NCBI GenBank assembly: GCA_964347145.1
Contig: CAYFXU010000001.1
Location: 1 to 54,602 of the forward strand
DNA from: an uncultured Candidatus Bathyarchaeia archaeon
GTDB lineage: Archaea; Thermoproteota; Bathyarchaeia; Bathyarchaeales; Bathyarchaeaceae
Length of the DNA stretch: 54,602 nt
Reading direction: 5' to 3'
Position 1 is the stretch's first letter, and each line of letters begins with the position of its first letter. The notes under the pieces are model-generated. The model worked only from the letters and a program-made list of their open reading frames with translations. It made no database searches and was not told the DNA's origin. This document shows, piece after piece, positions 1-10,143 of this stretch. A program made the position numbers and the translations under genes.

Positions 1-113
1 CAGCCCTAAAAGCTTTAGCAACCTTCGCTTCCTATTCTGAAATGTGCGCGAGCATTCGTTAAGAAGAAAGTGGGGAGGTGTCTCAGATCTATCCTTGTGC
101 AGAGTTAGAGGAG

Positions 114-1322
114 TCAGTATTCTTCTCTTTCTATGACCGTTGCTACTCCTTGGCCTCCACCAATGCAGGCGGTTGCTACTCCATAGCGAGCATCCTCTAG
201 ATTCAGTATTCGCGCAAGAGTTCCGGCAAGTCTTGCTCCAGTTGCTCCAAGGGGATGGCCAATGGCAGTTGCTCCACCCTTGACGTTGACTTTTTCCAGA
301 TCAATACCCAAGTCTTTTGCGCACCAAAGAGTCACGATGCAAAACGCTTCGTTGATTTCCCAGTAATCAATGTCCTTGACTTCTAGCCCAGCACGTCTAA
401 GGGCTTTCCGACAGGCTGGAACAGGCCCCTTACCCATGACTGCTGGGGGAACCGCTGCCCAACCCAGTGCTTTGATAGTTGCCAGCGGAGCTAAACCTAA
501 TTTTTTGGCTTTCTCTTTGGAACAAAGTAGTATGCATGAGGCTCCAGCGTTCAATGGCGAAGAATTTCCCGCTGTTATCACACCACCTTCTTTGAAGGCT
601 GGTGGCAGGCTTTGAATCTTTTCGAGTGATGTGGTAGGTCTTACGCTGAGGTCCCGGTCAATCATTTCTTTTGATCCATCGGAAAGAGTGATTTCGATAG
701 GCAGGATTTCGTCTTTGAAGAAGCCCTCTTCTTGCGCCTTCGTCGCCAATTGATGGCTTCTCAGAGCCCACTTGTCCATGTCTTCCTTTGTTATCCCGAA
801 TTTTTCAGCTCCTTCTTTGAAGAGCCTCTCAGCCGTAAGTCCCATGACAAAGCCCGTTTCCATTTCATACTTCTTGTATTCGTCCTCGGTGGCCAAATCC
901 AACGGTGGGCTGATCCATTGGTTCTCGACCCCCATCGGGACGCGGGTCAAATGTTCCATCCCGCAGGAGATTGTGAGATCTCCGTGACCCGTCATAATCT
1001 CCATGGCCCCCACATGCATAGCAGTCATTGAAGATCCACATTGCTTATCAACAAAGCAGGCTGGAACATAGTCTGGCAGGTGAGCCAGAAGTACAACTGA
1101 CCGGCCTCCGTAGGTCCATTGTTCCCATACACCGAAGGCACTTGACACCTGAACTTCGCCAATATCGCGAGGATCAATTTTGTTTCTTTCCACAATCTCC
1201 TTTACCAGCATAGCAGTGATATGGTCGGCCCTCAAACTGTTTAACTTGTCTCGTTCGGGTTGTGCAGGTCTAGAACGAGAAAAGGGCGATCGCAGATAAT
1301 CAGCTATCACAACTTCTTTCAC
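114..1322 (-). CDS. Thiolase-family acetyl-CoA C-acyltransferase
   Basis: 402-aa ORF with thiolase hallmarks: active-site Cys context DKQCGSSM, NEAF (WEINEAFC), GHPLGATGARL and C-terminal CIGGGQG. Confidence 0.9.
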   Translation of the reverse strand: MKEVVIADYLRSPFSRSRPAQPERDKLNSLRADHITAMLVKEIVERNKIDPRDIGEVQVSSAFGVWEQWTYGGRSVVLLAHLPDYVPACFVDKQCGSSMTAMHVGAMEIMTGHGDLTISCGMEHLTRVPMGVENQWISPPLDLATEDEYKKYEMETGFVMGLTAERLFKEGAEKFGITKEDMDKWALRSHQLATKAQEEGFFKDEILPIEITLSDGSKEMIDRDLSVRPTTSLEKIQSLPPAFKEGGVITAGNSSPLNAGASCILLCSKEKAKKLGLAPLATIKALGWAAVPPAVMGKGPVPACRKALRRAGLEVKDIDYWEINEAFCIVTLWCAKDLGIDLEKVNVKGGATAIGHPLGATGARLAGTLARILNLEDARYGVATACIGGGQGVATVIEREEY

Positions 1323-1487
1323 CGAGTTTTCCTCCTTTTCGCCATCGCATAGATGGAGTTATCCTTTGTTTTAAAAGCGACTATTAAATTTAACTCCATT
1401 TCAACAAGGATAGGAAGATTTTGTCGTTTGGAACCGTTGCAAAAATTAAATAAGAAATTGAAAGCAAAATTGATGTGTGTTTTGGCA

Positions 1488-1925
1488 ATGGAAAGTAATA
1501 AAGAAAAGACACAACTATTTTCCAAGTTTTCCAAAGTTGATCAAATTGGAATTGTCGTAAAAGATATGGAGGCAACAATGAATTTCTACGAAAAAATGTT
1601 CGGAATAGAGCCCTTTCCAACAGTAGAATCCGCCGTAGATTCTGCCAAACTAAGGATTGGTTCGTTCCAGTTAGGTGAGGTGCAAATAGAATTGATTCAG
1701 GTCCTAGAGGGAGAAACTATTCATTCCAAGTTTCTCGAAAAAAGGGGCGAGGGCCTTCACCATCTGGGTTTCTTTGTCGAAGACATAGAAAAAGAGTTGG
1801 CCAGAATAAAAAAAGAGGGAATCGAAGTTTTGGAGAGAGGCACAGTTCTTGGAGTGGTCAAATTTGCATACTTGGACACGAAGAAGGTTCTAGGCGTCGT
1901 TCTAGAATTGATTCAATTAGACTAG
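1488..1925 (+). CDS. VOC/glyoxalase-family protein, methylmalonyl-CoA epimerase-like
   Basis: The conserved part starts at KVDQIGIVVKDMEATMNFYEKMFG and includes GEGLHHLGFFVEDIE. The first about 45 codons of track ORF 1353..1925 look non-coding (low complexity), so I moved the start to ATG 1488. The start is uncertain. Confidence 0.75.
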   Translation: MESNKEKTQLFSKFSKVDQIGIVVKDMEATMNFYEKMFGIEPFPTVESAVDSAKLRIGSFQLGEVQIELIQVLEGETIHSKFLEKRGEGLHHLGFFVEDIEKELARIKKEGIEVLERGTVLGVVKFAYLDTKKVLGVVLELIQLD

Positions 1926-1951
1926 CAAGAGCGACCGCACCACATTAAGCG

Positions 1952-1975
1952 AGGAGGGGGCTTCTTACCCCTCCT
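1952..1975 (+). terminator. Perfect 8-bp hairpin just downstream of the VOC gene stop
   Basis: AGGAGGGG (1952-1959) pairs with CCCCTCCT (1968-1975) across an 8-nt loop. No oligo-T tract follows, so a terminator role is only a possibility. Confidence 0.3.
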
Positions 1976-2168
1976 TGTAAATGAACGTGATCTGAAAATT
2001 GTGCCATCTCAAAGTGATGTAACAACCAGAAAAAGAGGAACGGGAAGATGGTGAAAGAAACCCCGCTGGATGTCCAAGAGTAGGAGGACAAGACATTAAA
2101 AGAAAAGTCTCTCCTTTTTTACCCGACAATGTCGCATAGCAAAATAACCAGTTGAAAAGGGTGACAGG

Positions 2169-2684
2169 ATGGAGGAGAAAAAGGGGTTATTAGACTCCAT
2201 AACAATCGAGGAGAGGGAAAAGATTCTTCTGCGAAACTGGATGTCACACGACGGCCACTGGTTCAGACACGTCGCGGAAGAGTTCGGACCTGAGGTAGCC
2301 AACAAGCTCAACATGCGTACCTGCAGTTCCATAGGAAGAACAGACTGGTTTCGCTTGGTAAAGGCTTTGGGGATAGACAAGGTGGAAGGCCTAGAGCAAT
2401 TCTTGGAAATCTTCAAAGCAGCGTGGCAGCTGTATGCGCCTCCCAATATTACCATCGACATGACTATTAAAGATAACCAGATAACGGCTCAAGTGAAAAA
2501 GTGCTTTGCCTATGATGGCGTGAAAGGCTTGGGAATGGAGGGAATTTATGACTGCGGAATCTTCAGGCGAATCCGCTCCTGGTTAGATGCCGCCGAGGTA
2601 AAATACGAATTAGAACCACCAATCGGAAAATGCCTGAAAGCACAAGGTAAAGAGTGTAGAAGAACGATACTCCTCCACATCTAA
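2169..2684 (+). CDS. Conserved hypothetical cytosolic protein, family not confidently recognised
   Basis: 171-aa ORF with coding-like composition, no TM segments, and motif NWMSHDGHWF. No family assignment is possible by eye. Confidence 0.55.
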   Translation: MEEKKGLLDSITIEEREKILLRNWMSHDGHWFRHVAEEFGPEVANKLNMRTCSSIGRTDWFRLVKALGIDKVEGLEQFLEIFKAAWQLYAPPNITIDMTIKDNQITAQVKKCFAYDGVKGLGMEGIYDCGIFRRIRSWLDAAEVKYELEPPIGKCLKAQGKECRRTILLHI

Positions 2685-2821
2685 GAGTGCAAGCACAGGG
2701 AAGCTGGCTAGAAATCTTTGCGAACCAAAAAAAGGGAGAAATCGTATTCTAACATGGGAAGAGACCGGCAAAAAGCCTATTATCAACAAGCAGGCGCTTA
2801 CTATACGCTGGTGAATCTTGA

Positions 2822-3274
2822 ATGAATCGAAAAGCCGTCTATGTGGAAAAAGGTGCGACACTTTTCGGGCAAGGATACAATTGCGCCCAAAGCGTTCTGC
2901 TCGCGATGCAAGACTTCTGGAACGAAAAGAGAGCTCTAGAACCGAAGATTGCCTCAGCTTTTGGCGGTGGTATCGGAAGAAGAGGTTCTTTGTGTGGAGC
3001 AGTGACCGGCGGAGTTATCGCAATTGGCCAAAGGTATGGAAGTAACAAACCATCTCATGAGGAAAGAGAAAGAGCCTATTCCTTGGCACTAAAGTTTTAC
3101 GATAAATTCCAGGAGGAACACGGCAGCGTTCTCTGTCGAGACCTTATCGAATACGACCTAACCGACCCAAAAGAGCTAAAGAAAGCATGGGATTCAAACG
3201 TTTTCGTTTCCAAATGTATTCACTTTGTGGAAAAGGCTGTCGAAATCTTGATAGACCTATCTGAAAGCCCATAA
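2822..3274 (+). CDS. C_GCAxxG_C_C family redox-active protein
   Basis: Family motifs GYNCAQSVL, FGGGIGRRGSLCGAVTGG and a late Cys (VSKCIHF). Length of 150 aa is typical. Confidence 0.85.
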   Translation: MNRKAVYVEKGATLFGQGYNCAQSVLLAMQDFWNEKRALEPKIASAFGGGIGRRGSLCGAVTGGVIAIGQRYGSNKPSHEERERAYSLALKFYDKFQEEHGSVLCRDLIEYDLTDPKELKKAWDSNVFVSKCIHFVEKAVEILIDLSESP

Positions 3275-3429
3275 GTTCAAACATATTCTCGGAAGATTTT
3301 TCATAGTAAACTGTCTTCAAGAGGCATCTGCGCAGATACCAGCGCGCGCCCGCGCGTACTTCCGAACCAGTGCCAATTTTCTGCTAAAGAATATAAACAA
3401 TTGCAAACACTTCTGGAAAGGGGATTTAC

Positions 3430-5208
3430 ATGGCTCGTTTGACTGGCGGTGAGATTCTGAAACGTTATCTCGTTCAAGAAAACGTGCGTTACGTCTTCGG
3501 CATACCCGGAGACCAACTGTATCCAATTCTGGACGCAATCTACAAAGATGAACGCATCGACTTTATCACAACACGTCACGAGGCCGCAGCTGCCCATGCG
3601 GCAGACGCCTGGGCACGGGTGACTGGAGAACCAGGGGTATGCCTCGGAACTGTGGGTCCAGGAGCCGCAAACCTGATTGGAGGAGTTTACCCTGCATTTG
3701 CAGACAGCATTCCCATGATAGTGATCACGGCACAGAATCAGGCGTGGCGTTGCTATCCGGACCATGGTTCTATGCAAGGCCTAGATCAACTTTCCCTTTT
3801 CAAGGCTGTTACGAAATGGAACGCCTTTGTTTCTCATTGGCATCGCATCCCAGAACTCATCCAACAAGCTTTTCGTATATCCAAGTCGGGAAAACCTGGT
3901 CCAGTTCACCTTGACTTTCCTTCAGATGTTTTGTTTCAAACGGAAGAGGAAAAGGATGTCAAAGTTGTTCCTCCGTTGAGTTATAGAGCCACAGAGCCCC
4001 CTGTCGGGGACCTTTCAGCGGTGGATCAAGCCGCCATGATGCTGGTGAAGGCTAGGTTGCCCCTCATTCATGCCGGTGGCGGAGTTCTGAGATCAGGGGC
4101 TTCCAAGGAGCTCATTGAACTTGCCGAATATTTGCAAGTACCCGTAACAACTTCCATGAGCGGTAGAGGCGCTATTCCAGAAGATCACCCGCTCTGTCTC
4201 ATTCCATCCAGTCCGGGAACAGGAGCCCTTGTCGCTCAAGTTGAGGCAGACGTCGTGCTCCTAGTGGGCGGTCGACTTGGAGACATAGAAATGTGGGGGC
4301 AACCAACCTTGGCTTGGGGCGACCCTTCCCGGCAGAAATTTATACAAATAGACATTTCCGGAGACATGATTGGGCTCAACCGTCGGGTTGATGTTGGAAT
4401 CGTTGGAGACGCAAAATCGACTCTCCGTGTCCTCTTGGAAAACATCAAGAGATATGTTACCCGAAGAAAAGAAAACAAGTCCCTCCACGATTATAAGCAG
4501 GTTGAGAAAATGTGGCTCGAAGGGTTCAAGGAATTATCTCAGACGAACAGCGCGCCGATTCATCCTCTGCGACTAATCAGGGAAGTGAGAGAATTCTTTC
4601 CTAGAGACTCCATCACAGTGGTTGACGGAGGCAACACCGCTGTCTGGTGCTTCTATCTCAATAGGATCTTTGAACCAAACACTTACCTGAGCTGTGCATC
4701 GGGAGATTCGGGTCATCTAGGCGCTGGTATCCCATACACAATCGGGGCTAAGCTGGCGGCCCCATCGAAACAAGTTTACTGCATCAGCGGAGACGGATCC
4801 TTCGGCTTCAACATTCAAGAATTAGAGACAGCGAGTCGCCTGAAACTGCCAGTCATATTTGTAGTAGCCAACGACCTAGGATGGGGAATGATAAAATCCG
4901 GGCAGACCATGGCCTACTCGAAAAGATACATTGGAGTTGACCTGAGTGACATTCGATACGACAAGGTTGCTCAAGCCATGAACTGCTATGGTGAAAGAGT
5001 GGTGGAACCCTTCGAGATTAAACCCGCCCTGCAAAGGGCGGTTGATTCTCTAGGACCTGCTGTGCTGGACGTGGAAATCGACAGAGAAGTGATACCTCCA
5101 GATTTTGAGATTTTGGCTGCTATATGGCTGGAAGGCTGTGAACTTCCTGAAGCTGAAGAAGCGAAGAGGGGCCCAAGGGAAAAAGCTCGCGTGGTAGCTG
5201 CAAGCTAG
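3430..5208 (+). CDS. Thiamine-diphosphate-dependent enzyme (acetolactate synthase large subunit / 2-hydroxyacyl-CoA lyase-like)
   Basis: 592 aa. N-terminal TPP pyrimidine-binding region (FGIPGDQL, TRHEAAAAHAADAWARVTG, GPGAANL) and C-terminal TPP motif (ISGDGSFGFN...VANDLGWGM). Confidence 0.9.
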   Translation: MARLTGGEILKRYLVQENVRYVFGIPGDQLYPILDAIYKDERIDFITTRHEAAAAHAADAWARVTGEPGVCLGTVGPGAANLIGGVYPAFADSIPMIVITAQNQAWRCYPDHGSMQGLDQLSLFKAVTKWNAFVSHWHRIPELIQQAFRISKSGKPGPVHLDFPSDVLFQTEEEKDVKVVPPLSYRATEPPVGDLSAVDQAAMMLVKARLPLIHAGGGVLRSGASKELIELAEYLQVPVTTSMSGRGAIPEDHPLCLIPSSPGTGALVAQVEADVVLLVGGRLGDIEMWGQPTLAWGDPSRQKFIQIDISGDMIGLNRRVDVGIVGDAKSTLRVLLENIKRYVTRRKENKSLHDYKQVEKMWLEGFKELSQTNSAPIHPLRLIREVREFFPRDSITVVDGGNTAVWCFYLNRIFEPNTYLSCASGDSGHLGAGIPYTIGAKLAAPSKQVYCISGDGSFGFNIQELETASRLKLPVIFVVANDLGWGMIKSGQTMAYSKRYIGVDLSDIRYDKVAQAMNCYGERVVEPFEIKPALQRAVDSLGPAVLDVEIDREVIPPDFEILAAIWLEGCELPEAEEAKRGPREKARVVAAS

Positions 5209-5226
5209 AATATGTTCCCAATCTGT

Positions 5227-6390
5227 CTAGAAATCTACAGCTCGACCTTCAAAGGCATGGATGAACAACTTCAAGAGCTCTTCGTTGCTTGGAACCCTTG
5301 GATTAACGAAGGTGCAGGTGGACATCTCAGCCTTCTTCACTAGCTCCTCTAACTTATTCTCGTAGTCTTCTCGGCTTATTCCCATCTCTTTTATTGATGT
5401 AGGCATGTCGATATTTTTCATGAGAGTCCTAATTGCAGAAATAAGTTTTGCGATGGCCTCTTCCGTCGACTCCGCTTCGATACCAATCGCTTTAGAGATT
5501 TCAGCATATCTTTCTGCGGCTTCTTTGATGCCGAATTCGATGGAATAGGGTAGGAAAACTCCAGTGGCTAGGCCATGGGGAAGTTCGAAGACGGCTCCAA
5601 GGGCGTGTCCCAAGCTGTGGGCGACTCCAACTTGAGAGTTGCTGTAGGCTAGGCCTGCTATGGTAGCCGCATTGTGCATCTTTTCCTTTGCTTCTTGATC
5701 GTTCTTGTTTTCGTAGGCTCTTGGAAGATACGTAAAGATGAGTTGGGCGGCTTTGATTGCAAGAGCGTCGGAGAAGTCGTTTCTCCATCGAGAAACGTAG
5801 GATTCTATTGCGTTGGTGAGAGCATCTATGGCTGTGTTCGCTGCAAGTTCCTTTGGCATTTCCGCTGGAAACTTTGGGTCGACTATGGATATGTCGGGAT
5901 AAAATTCTCTGGAGGCCAACTCCATTTTGAAGTGTTCCTTCGTGTCTGTGATTACCGAGACCCAGCTGGCCTCCGAACCGGTTCCACTTGTAGTTGGGAT
6001 ACAGATTAACTTCGCCTTTTTTCTTAATCCCAGTTCGACCGTTGGAGATATGTCCGCTAGGTTGACGTCCGGTCTCGCGTAAAGCGCCCACATGGCCTTA
6101 GCCGCGTCCATGCAGCTACCTCCGCCCAAGCCTATGATCCAGTCAGGGGCGAATTCAATGAGCAGTTTGGAGCCTTCCTGAATATTCTCAATTGAGGGCT
6201 CTGGTCTAACGCCGTCAAAAACCCCTACGTGCAACCCAGCCTCTTTCAAATACTTTGAGACCACGGCAATGAAACCCAGCCGTCGAATTACCTTGTCCGT
6301 AACGATGAAAGCTTTTTTTCCCTCTAAGTCCTTCAGAACTTCCAAGGCGCCTTCCCCGAATGCAATTCTTGGACTCTGAAACCACCACAT
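5227..6390 (-). CDS. Iron-containing (type III) alcohol dehydrogenase
   Basis: 387 aa with GLGGGSCMDAAKAMW, IPTTSGTGSE and a His cluster (HSLGHALG). Confidence 0.9.
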   Translation of the reverse strand: MWWFQSPRIAFGEGALEVLKDLEGKKAFIVTDKVIRRLGFIAVVSKYLKEAGLHVGVFDGVRPEPSIENIQEGSKLLIEFAPDWIIGLGGGSCMDAAKAMWALYARPDVNLADISPTVELGLRKKAKLICIPTTSGTGSEASWVSVITDTKEHFKMELASREFYPDISIVDPKFPAEMPKELAANTAIDALTNAIESYVSRWRNDFSDALAIKAAQLIFTYLPRAYENKNDQEAKEKMHNAATIAGLAYSNSQVGVAHSLGHALGAVFELPHGLATGVFLPYSIEFGIKEAAERYAEISKAIGIEAESTEEAIAKLISAIRTLMKNIDMPTSIKEMGISREDYENKLEELVKKAEMSTCTFVNPRVPSNEELLKLFIHAFEGRAVDF

Positions 6391-6529
6391 AGCGAATCAC
6401 ATAAGATTGTACGAAGACTTGTTATATACTAAGAGGAAAAAAATCGCGCCTCCCTCAATAAGATTCCCTCTCGTCAAACACTGCGAAAAATCTATAGTCT
6501 GCCAAATCCACTAACGCTTAGGTGGATCC

Positions 6530-7177
6530 ATGGACAAAATCCATATCCTCAATTTCTTTGAACCACAATTAGAAACCCCCATCTTTGTAGAAGGACTTCC
6601 CGGATTTGGAAACGTGGGAAAAATTGCGGCACAGTCCCTCATCGAGTCTACCAAAGCCAAAGTTTTCGCAGAATTGTACTCACCTTCTTTCCCAGACTAC
6701 GTAATTGTGGACGCAGATGGAACATGTCGTCCACCCCACTATGAATTCCACACAGCCTCAACAAAAAAGAATCAGTACATCATCCTGACAGGAGATTCAC
6801 AACCCTCGCTGGAGGACCTATTAGCTCACTACCATCTGTGCGACCAAATCTTAGATTTTGCGGAGAAATACGGATGCAAATTCATAGTTACAATAGGTGG
6901 CGTACCAATACCCAGCTCGGGAGGCGAAATTTACGTAGCCGCAACCTCTGAAAAACTTGCTTTGGAAACCGTGGATAAAGATTCCCTTATCTATGGCAAG
7001 GGGAGGATCATGGGCGCAACAGGTCTATTGTTGGGACTCGCAAAAAAGCGAGGGTGGGAAGGCATATGCTTGTTGGGCGCAACACCGGGAATCAGATCCG
7101 ACAGGAAAGCCGCTCTCTCTGTTTTCAAGTTTCTAATTAAGACTCTAGGAGAGGATGCGAAAGAAACTCTGAGATAA
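6530..7177 (+). CDS. PAC2-family proteasome assembly chaperone-like protein
   Basis: 215 aa. N-terminal FVEGLPGFGNVGKIA is typical of archaeal PAC2 / ATP-grasp-like chaperones. Confidence 0.8.
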   Translation: MDKIHILNFFEPQLETPIFVEGLPGFGNVGKIAAQSLIESTKAKVFAELYSPSFPDYVIVDADGTCRPPHYEFHTASTKKNQYIILTGDSQPSLEDLLAHYHLCDQILDFAEKYGCKFIVTIGGVPIPSSGGEIYVAATSEKLALETVDKDSLIYGKGRIMGATGLLLGLAKKRGWEGICLLGATPGIRSDRKAALSVFKFLIKTLGEDAKETLR

Positions 7178-7250
7178 TGGAGCGAAAGCGTTAAGAGAGA
7201 AACGTAACGTATTCATCTGCAAAATCTGGGTTACGCTTGAAGGGATAATC

Positions 7251-7484
7251 ATGACGTTCCTTCGATCGATAAAGAAGGGGCAAAAAAGGTTTGCAAAGGC
7301 GTTGTTAATGCTGTTTGCAGCCTTCCTAATCTTCGGAGGACCCACATACCTCATCTACATCCTTGACAAATTGGATCTTCCTAGACTCGTCATACTCCCT
7401 ATCGGTCTAGTCGCCTTCGTAGCAGGTCTTATTCTCTTTACGTATTTATCAAAAGAGGATACAAAGACTGAAACTTCTAGCTAA
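7251..7484 (+). CDS. Small two-TM membrane protein (hypothetical)
   Basis: 77 aa with two hydrophobic helices (ALLMLFAAFLIFGG, VILPIGLVAFVAGLILF) and a purine-rich stretch upstream of the ATG. Confidence 0.45.
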   Translation: MTFLRSIKKGQKRFAKALLMLFAAFLIFGGPTYLIYILDKLDLPRLVILPIGLVAFVAGLILFTYLSKEDTKTETSS

Positions 7485-7696
7485 GGATCCTCCCTTTCCT
7501 TCATGAAATCTCGCGCGCGCACTGAACTCAAACCTTTCCCGCGTCATTTGGTTGGTTAATTGGAAGACCAGCCTTACTTTTTCCCGCGCGCGCTCTTGGC
7601 TTACTGTATAATTTACTGGCGCGGAGACCTACGAGTTCAAAATCGTTTGGGAGTCTGTGCGTACCATCCATAGTATTTTTATGATCGTAGTAATAG

Positions 7697-7766
7697 AAAT
7701 TGATAGCAAAATGTATAAATAGTATTATTTCTTTCATAGAAAACTCTGATAAGCTTCACCCAAGTG
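7697..7766 (+). promoter_or_regulatory. Conserved promoter/leader element, copy 1 (upstream of plus-strand hdr operon)
   Basis: 64/70 nt identical to the reverse complement of 21030..21099. Contains TATAAAT at 7714-7720. Confidence 0.8.
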
Positions 7767-7797
7767 TTGTTCGGGCTTTGAAAGAGGTAAGGTTTAT

Positions 7798-8250
7798 TTG
7801 AATGAAATAAATGAGGATCAGAAAACCGATGATTTCTATCTTTGTTACCAGTGTGGAACTTGTAGTGGGGGGTGCCCGGTCACTAGGCTTATACCTGAAT
7901 ACAATGTAAGAAAGATACTCAAACACAGAAAGGAAAACAGGACAGATGTTAACAACAGATTTCTCTGGTACTGCTTGACTTGCTATATATGTTACGAACG
8001 ATGTCCTCAAGATGTCAAGCCAATTGAGGTCATACACTCAATTACGAATTTTATGTCAAAAAATGGATTTGCTCCTTCATCTTTGAAGGAAGGCAATAAA
8101 AAAATTCTGGCCGTAGGTCGTAGCAGTGACATCACCAAATTTACTGAACAAAAAAGAAGGAGGTTAGGGCTGCCAGATTTGAAAAAAGATGTTTCAAAGG
8201 ACTTCAAGGAAATCGCTAAAATAACAGGATTGATGGAGTTGGTCCAATGA
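7798..8250 (+). CDS. hdrC: HdrC-like 2x[4Fe-4S] ferredoxin subunit
   Basis: CYQCGTCSGGCP and CLTCYICYERCP motifs. TTG start. 4-nt overlap with the following hdrB. Confidence 0.85.
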   Translation: MNEINEDQKTDDFYLCYQCGTCSGGCPVTRLIPEYNVRKILKHRKENRTDVNNRFLWYCLTCYICYERCPQDVKPIEVIHSITNFMSKNGFAPSSLKEGNKKILAVGRSSDITKFTEQKRRRLGLPDLKKDVSKDFKEIAKITGLMELVQ

Positions 8251-9122
8251 ACCTTGCCTTTTTTCTAGGGTGCAATATTCCAACCCAAGTTTACAATTAT
8301 GAGGCTTCTGTCAGGAAAATTTCCGAAGCTTTCAAGATCAAACTCGTAGACGTCCCGGATTTCGGTTGTTGTGGCGAACTTACTGAAGCCATGGATCATT
8401 ATACATCCCTCGTCTTCTCTGCGAGGAATATCGCCTTGGCAGAGAAGGAAGGTCTAGATCTCTTAACATTATGTAACGGCTGTTTCTCTTCGTTGAGTAA
8501 GGCAATTCTCGCGCTAAGGGATTCTCACCGAAGAAGTGAAGTCAACGAAACTCTGAAAAAAATAGGCCTGTCCTACCAGGGAAAATCAAAGGTGTTTCAC
8601 TTTCATCAACTGATGTACGACATTGTTGGCCCTTCAAAGATCAAGGAAAAATTAGTCTTGGACTTTAATGGCGTCTCCGTATCCTGTCACAATGGCTGCC
8701 ACATCCTCAGACCAAGCGATGTTCTCAGGTTCGATGATCCTGAAAATCCGAGAAAGCTTGAAGAACTTGTAGCATTAACTGGAGCCCAAATTGTTAAGCC
8801 CGTGGGTAACGAACAGTGTTGCGGATCGGTTCTGTCACTTTGTGATTTGGATGCTGCCCAATCATTGGCAATAGAATCTATTGAAAGAAAAGGTGAAGTC
8901 GATGCGATAGTAGTGGGGTGCCCATTTTGTTTCAAACAATTCGATATGGGGCAAGTTGTCGCCAGAAAGAAATTCAATAAGGAATTGAACATTCCGGTAC
9001 TCTTCTACGCCGAACTTTTGGGGTTGGCTCTTGGTTTTGAAGCAAAGGATCTTGGGCTTGACGCTGTCCATAAGATACGAACGGAAGAGTTCTTGAAAAA
9101 GTCAGGGGTTTCCAATGGCTAG
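8247..9122 (+). CDS. hdrB: HdrB-like CCG-domain subunit
   Basis: Two CCG motifs (DFGCCGE, EQCCGSV) plus conserved Cys pairs (CNGC, CPFC). 291 aa. Confidence 0.9.
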   Translation: MNLAFFLGCNIPTQVYNYEASVRKISEAFKIKLVDVPDFGCCGELTEAMDHYTSLVFSARNIALAEKEGLDLLTLCNGCFSSLSKAILALRDSHRRSEVNETLKKIGLSYQGKSKVFHFHQLMYDIVGPSKIKEKLVLDFNGVSVSCHNGCHILRPSDVLRFDDPENPRKLEELVALTGAQIVKPVGNEQCCGSVLSLCDLDAAQSLAIESIERKGEVDAIVVGCPFCFKQFDMGQVVARKKFNKELNIPVLFYAELLGLALGFEAKDLGLDAVHKIRTEEFLKKSGVSNG

Positions 9123-10143
9123 CGTGTTGGTAGTCGGCGGCGGCATCGCTGGAATGCACTGTTCGCTAGACTTGGCCAATATGGGCCATCGCGTTTATTT
9201 GATGGAAAAGGAAGGAGAAATAGGAGGCAATCTGAAGAATCTCTATGAAGTCTTTCCCACAAATGAGAAAGCAGAAAAGTTTCTCAGTAACTTCAAAGAA
9301 AAGGCAAAAACACAAAAGAACATATCAGTCCTAACGAACTCAACTCTCACTGCGTTTGAAGAAAAGATCGATGCTTTCAAAGTTACAATTAATAACTCCG
9401 GAAAGAGTGACACCTTCAATGTCGATGCAGTAGTTCTTGCAACGGGCTTCGTCCCCTATGACCCAAGCGAAAAGACAGAATACGGATACAATAGGTACAA
9501 GGATGTTGTGACTTCAATAGACTTAGAAAGAATGATGAAAGAAGGAAAGTTGGTAAGACGGTCGAACTCTGAGATACCAAGATCTGTAACATTTGTTCAA
9601 TGCGTTGGATTTAGAGACGCCAAGGCATATAGATACTGTTCCAATTTCTGTTGCACGTCAACTGTGAAGAATGCACTAATTATCAAAAGAGAATATCCCG
9701 CCGTAGACGTAAGTGTCATGTACATGGATATCAGAACCCCATACATCTATGAGAATCTATACTTGGATGCTAGAAACATCGGCGTGAAGTTTGTCAGGGG
9801 CAGACCCGCTGAGATTTTTGAAAAGTCCAACAAATTGGTTCTCAATTTCGAGGACACTTTAACCGGTGACACGCGCAGTATCGAATCTGAGTTGGTTGTT
9901 CTTTCCATTGGGGGAATTCCCACTCCAGAAACAAAGGAGCTAAGTCAAATGATGAAGGCATCATTGAGTGATACGGGATTTTTCAAGGTTCACAATGAAC
10001 CTTCCGGAACGAATGCAAATCGAATTTTTGTTGCTGGAGCCGCGTGTGGTCCAAAGGATATCGATTATTCTCTGTCACAGGCAGGTGCTGTCGCGGCTCA
10101 AATAAACAAACTTTGGGGGGGAAAACATGTTGCTGGTAAATAA
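9115..10143 (+). CDS. hdrA: Short HdrA-like FAD/[4Fe-4S] flavoprotein (thioredoxin-reductase-fold core only)
   Basis: VLVVGGGIAGMHCSLDLA Rossmann motif; QCVGFRD...YCSNFCC cluster motif; GAACGPKDI. Lacks the HdrA N-domain, both ferredoxin domains and the TFPTNDCxxC motif (has VFPTNEKAEKF instead). Confidence 0.85.
   Translation: MASVLVVGGGIAGMHCSLDLANMGHRVYLMEKEGEIGGNLKNLYEVFPTNEKAEKFLSNFKEKAKTQKNISVLTNSTLTAFEEKIDAFKVTINNSGKSDTFNVDAVVLATGFVPYDPSEKTEYGYNRYKDVVTSIDLERMMKEGKLVRRSNSEIPRSVTFVQCVGFRDAKAYRYCSNFCCTSTVKNALIIKREYPAVDVSVMYMDIRTPYIYENLYLDARNIGVKFVRGRPAEIFEKSNKLVLNFEDTLTGDTRSIESELVVLSIGGIPTPETKELSQMMKASLSDTGFFKVHNEPSGTNANRIFVAGAACGPKDIDYSLSQAGAVAAQINKLWGGKHVAGK

Noticed and set aside
1-113. 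Possible partial gene at the 5' edge downstream of the thiolase (e.g. a DUF35/HMG-CoA synthase partner)
   Set aside because: No open frame with a plausible start or recognisable motif runs into the window edge on either strand. The sequence is too short to call.
3301-3777. 158-aa minus-strand ORF (also 3317..3538 and 3639..3914) overlapping the 5' part of the TPP-enzyme gene
   Set aside because: The plus-strand frame carries unmistakable TPP-enzyme motifs. The overlapping ORFs are Cys/Arg-rich with no recognisable domains.
5501-6091. 196-aa alternative-frame ORF inside the Fe-ADH gene
   Set aside because: It is on the same strand as the ADH but in a different frame. Its composition is Arg/Ser/Gly-rich. 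The ADH frame has the conserved motifs.
7512-7593. The GCGCGC tracts as a degenerate CRISPR array or MITE
   Set aside because: There are only two copies here, 64 nt apart. There are no regularly spaced repeats of 24-40 nt and no flanking target-site duplications or terminal inverted repeats beyond the self-palindromic GC run. The other copies are dispersed singly.
7528-7737. 69-aa minus-strand ORF in the spacer upstream of the plus-strand hdr operon
   Set aside because: It spans the GCGCGC tracts and the conserved promoter element, has no RBS, and reads as low complexity (…PRARAGKSKAG…). The region is better explained as regulatory DNA.
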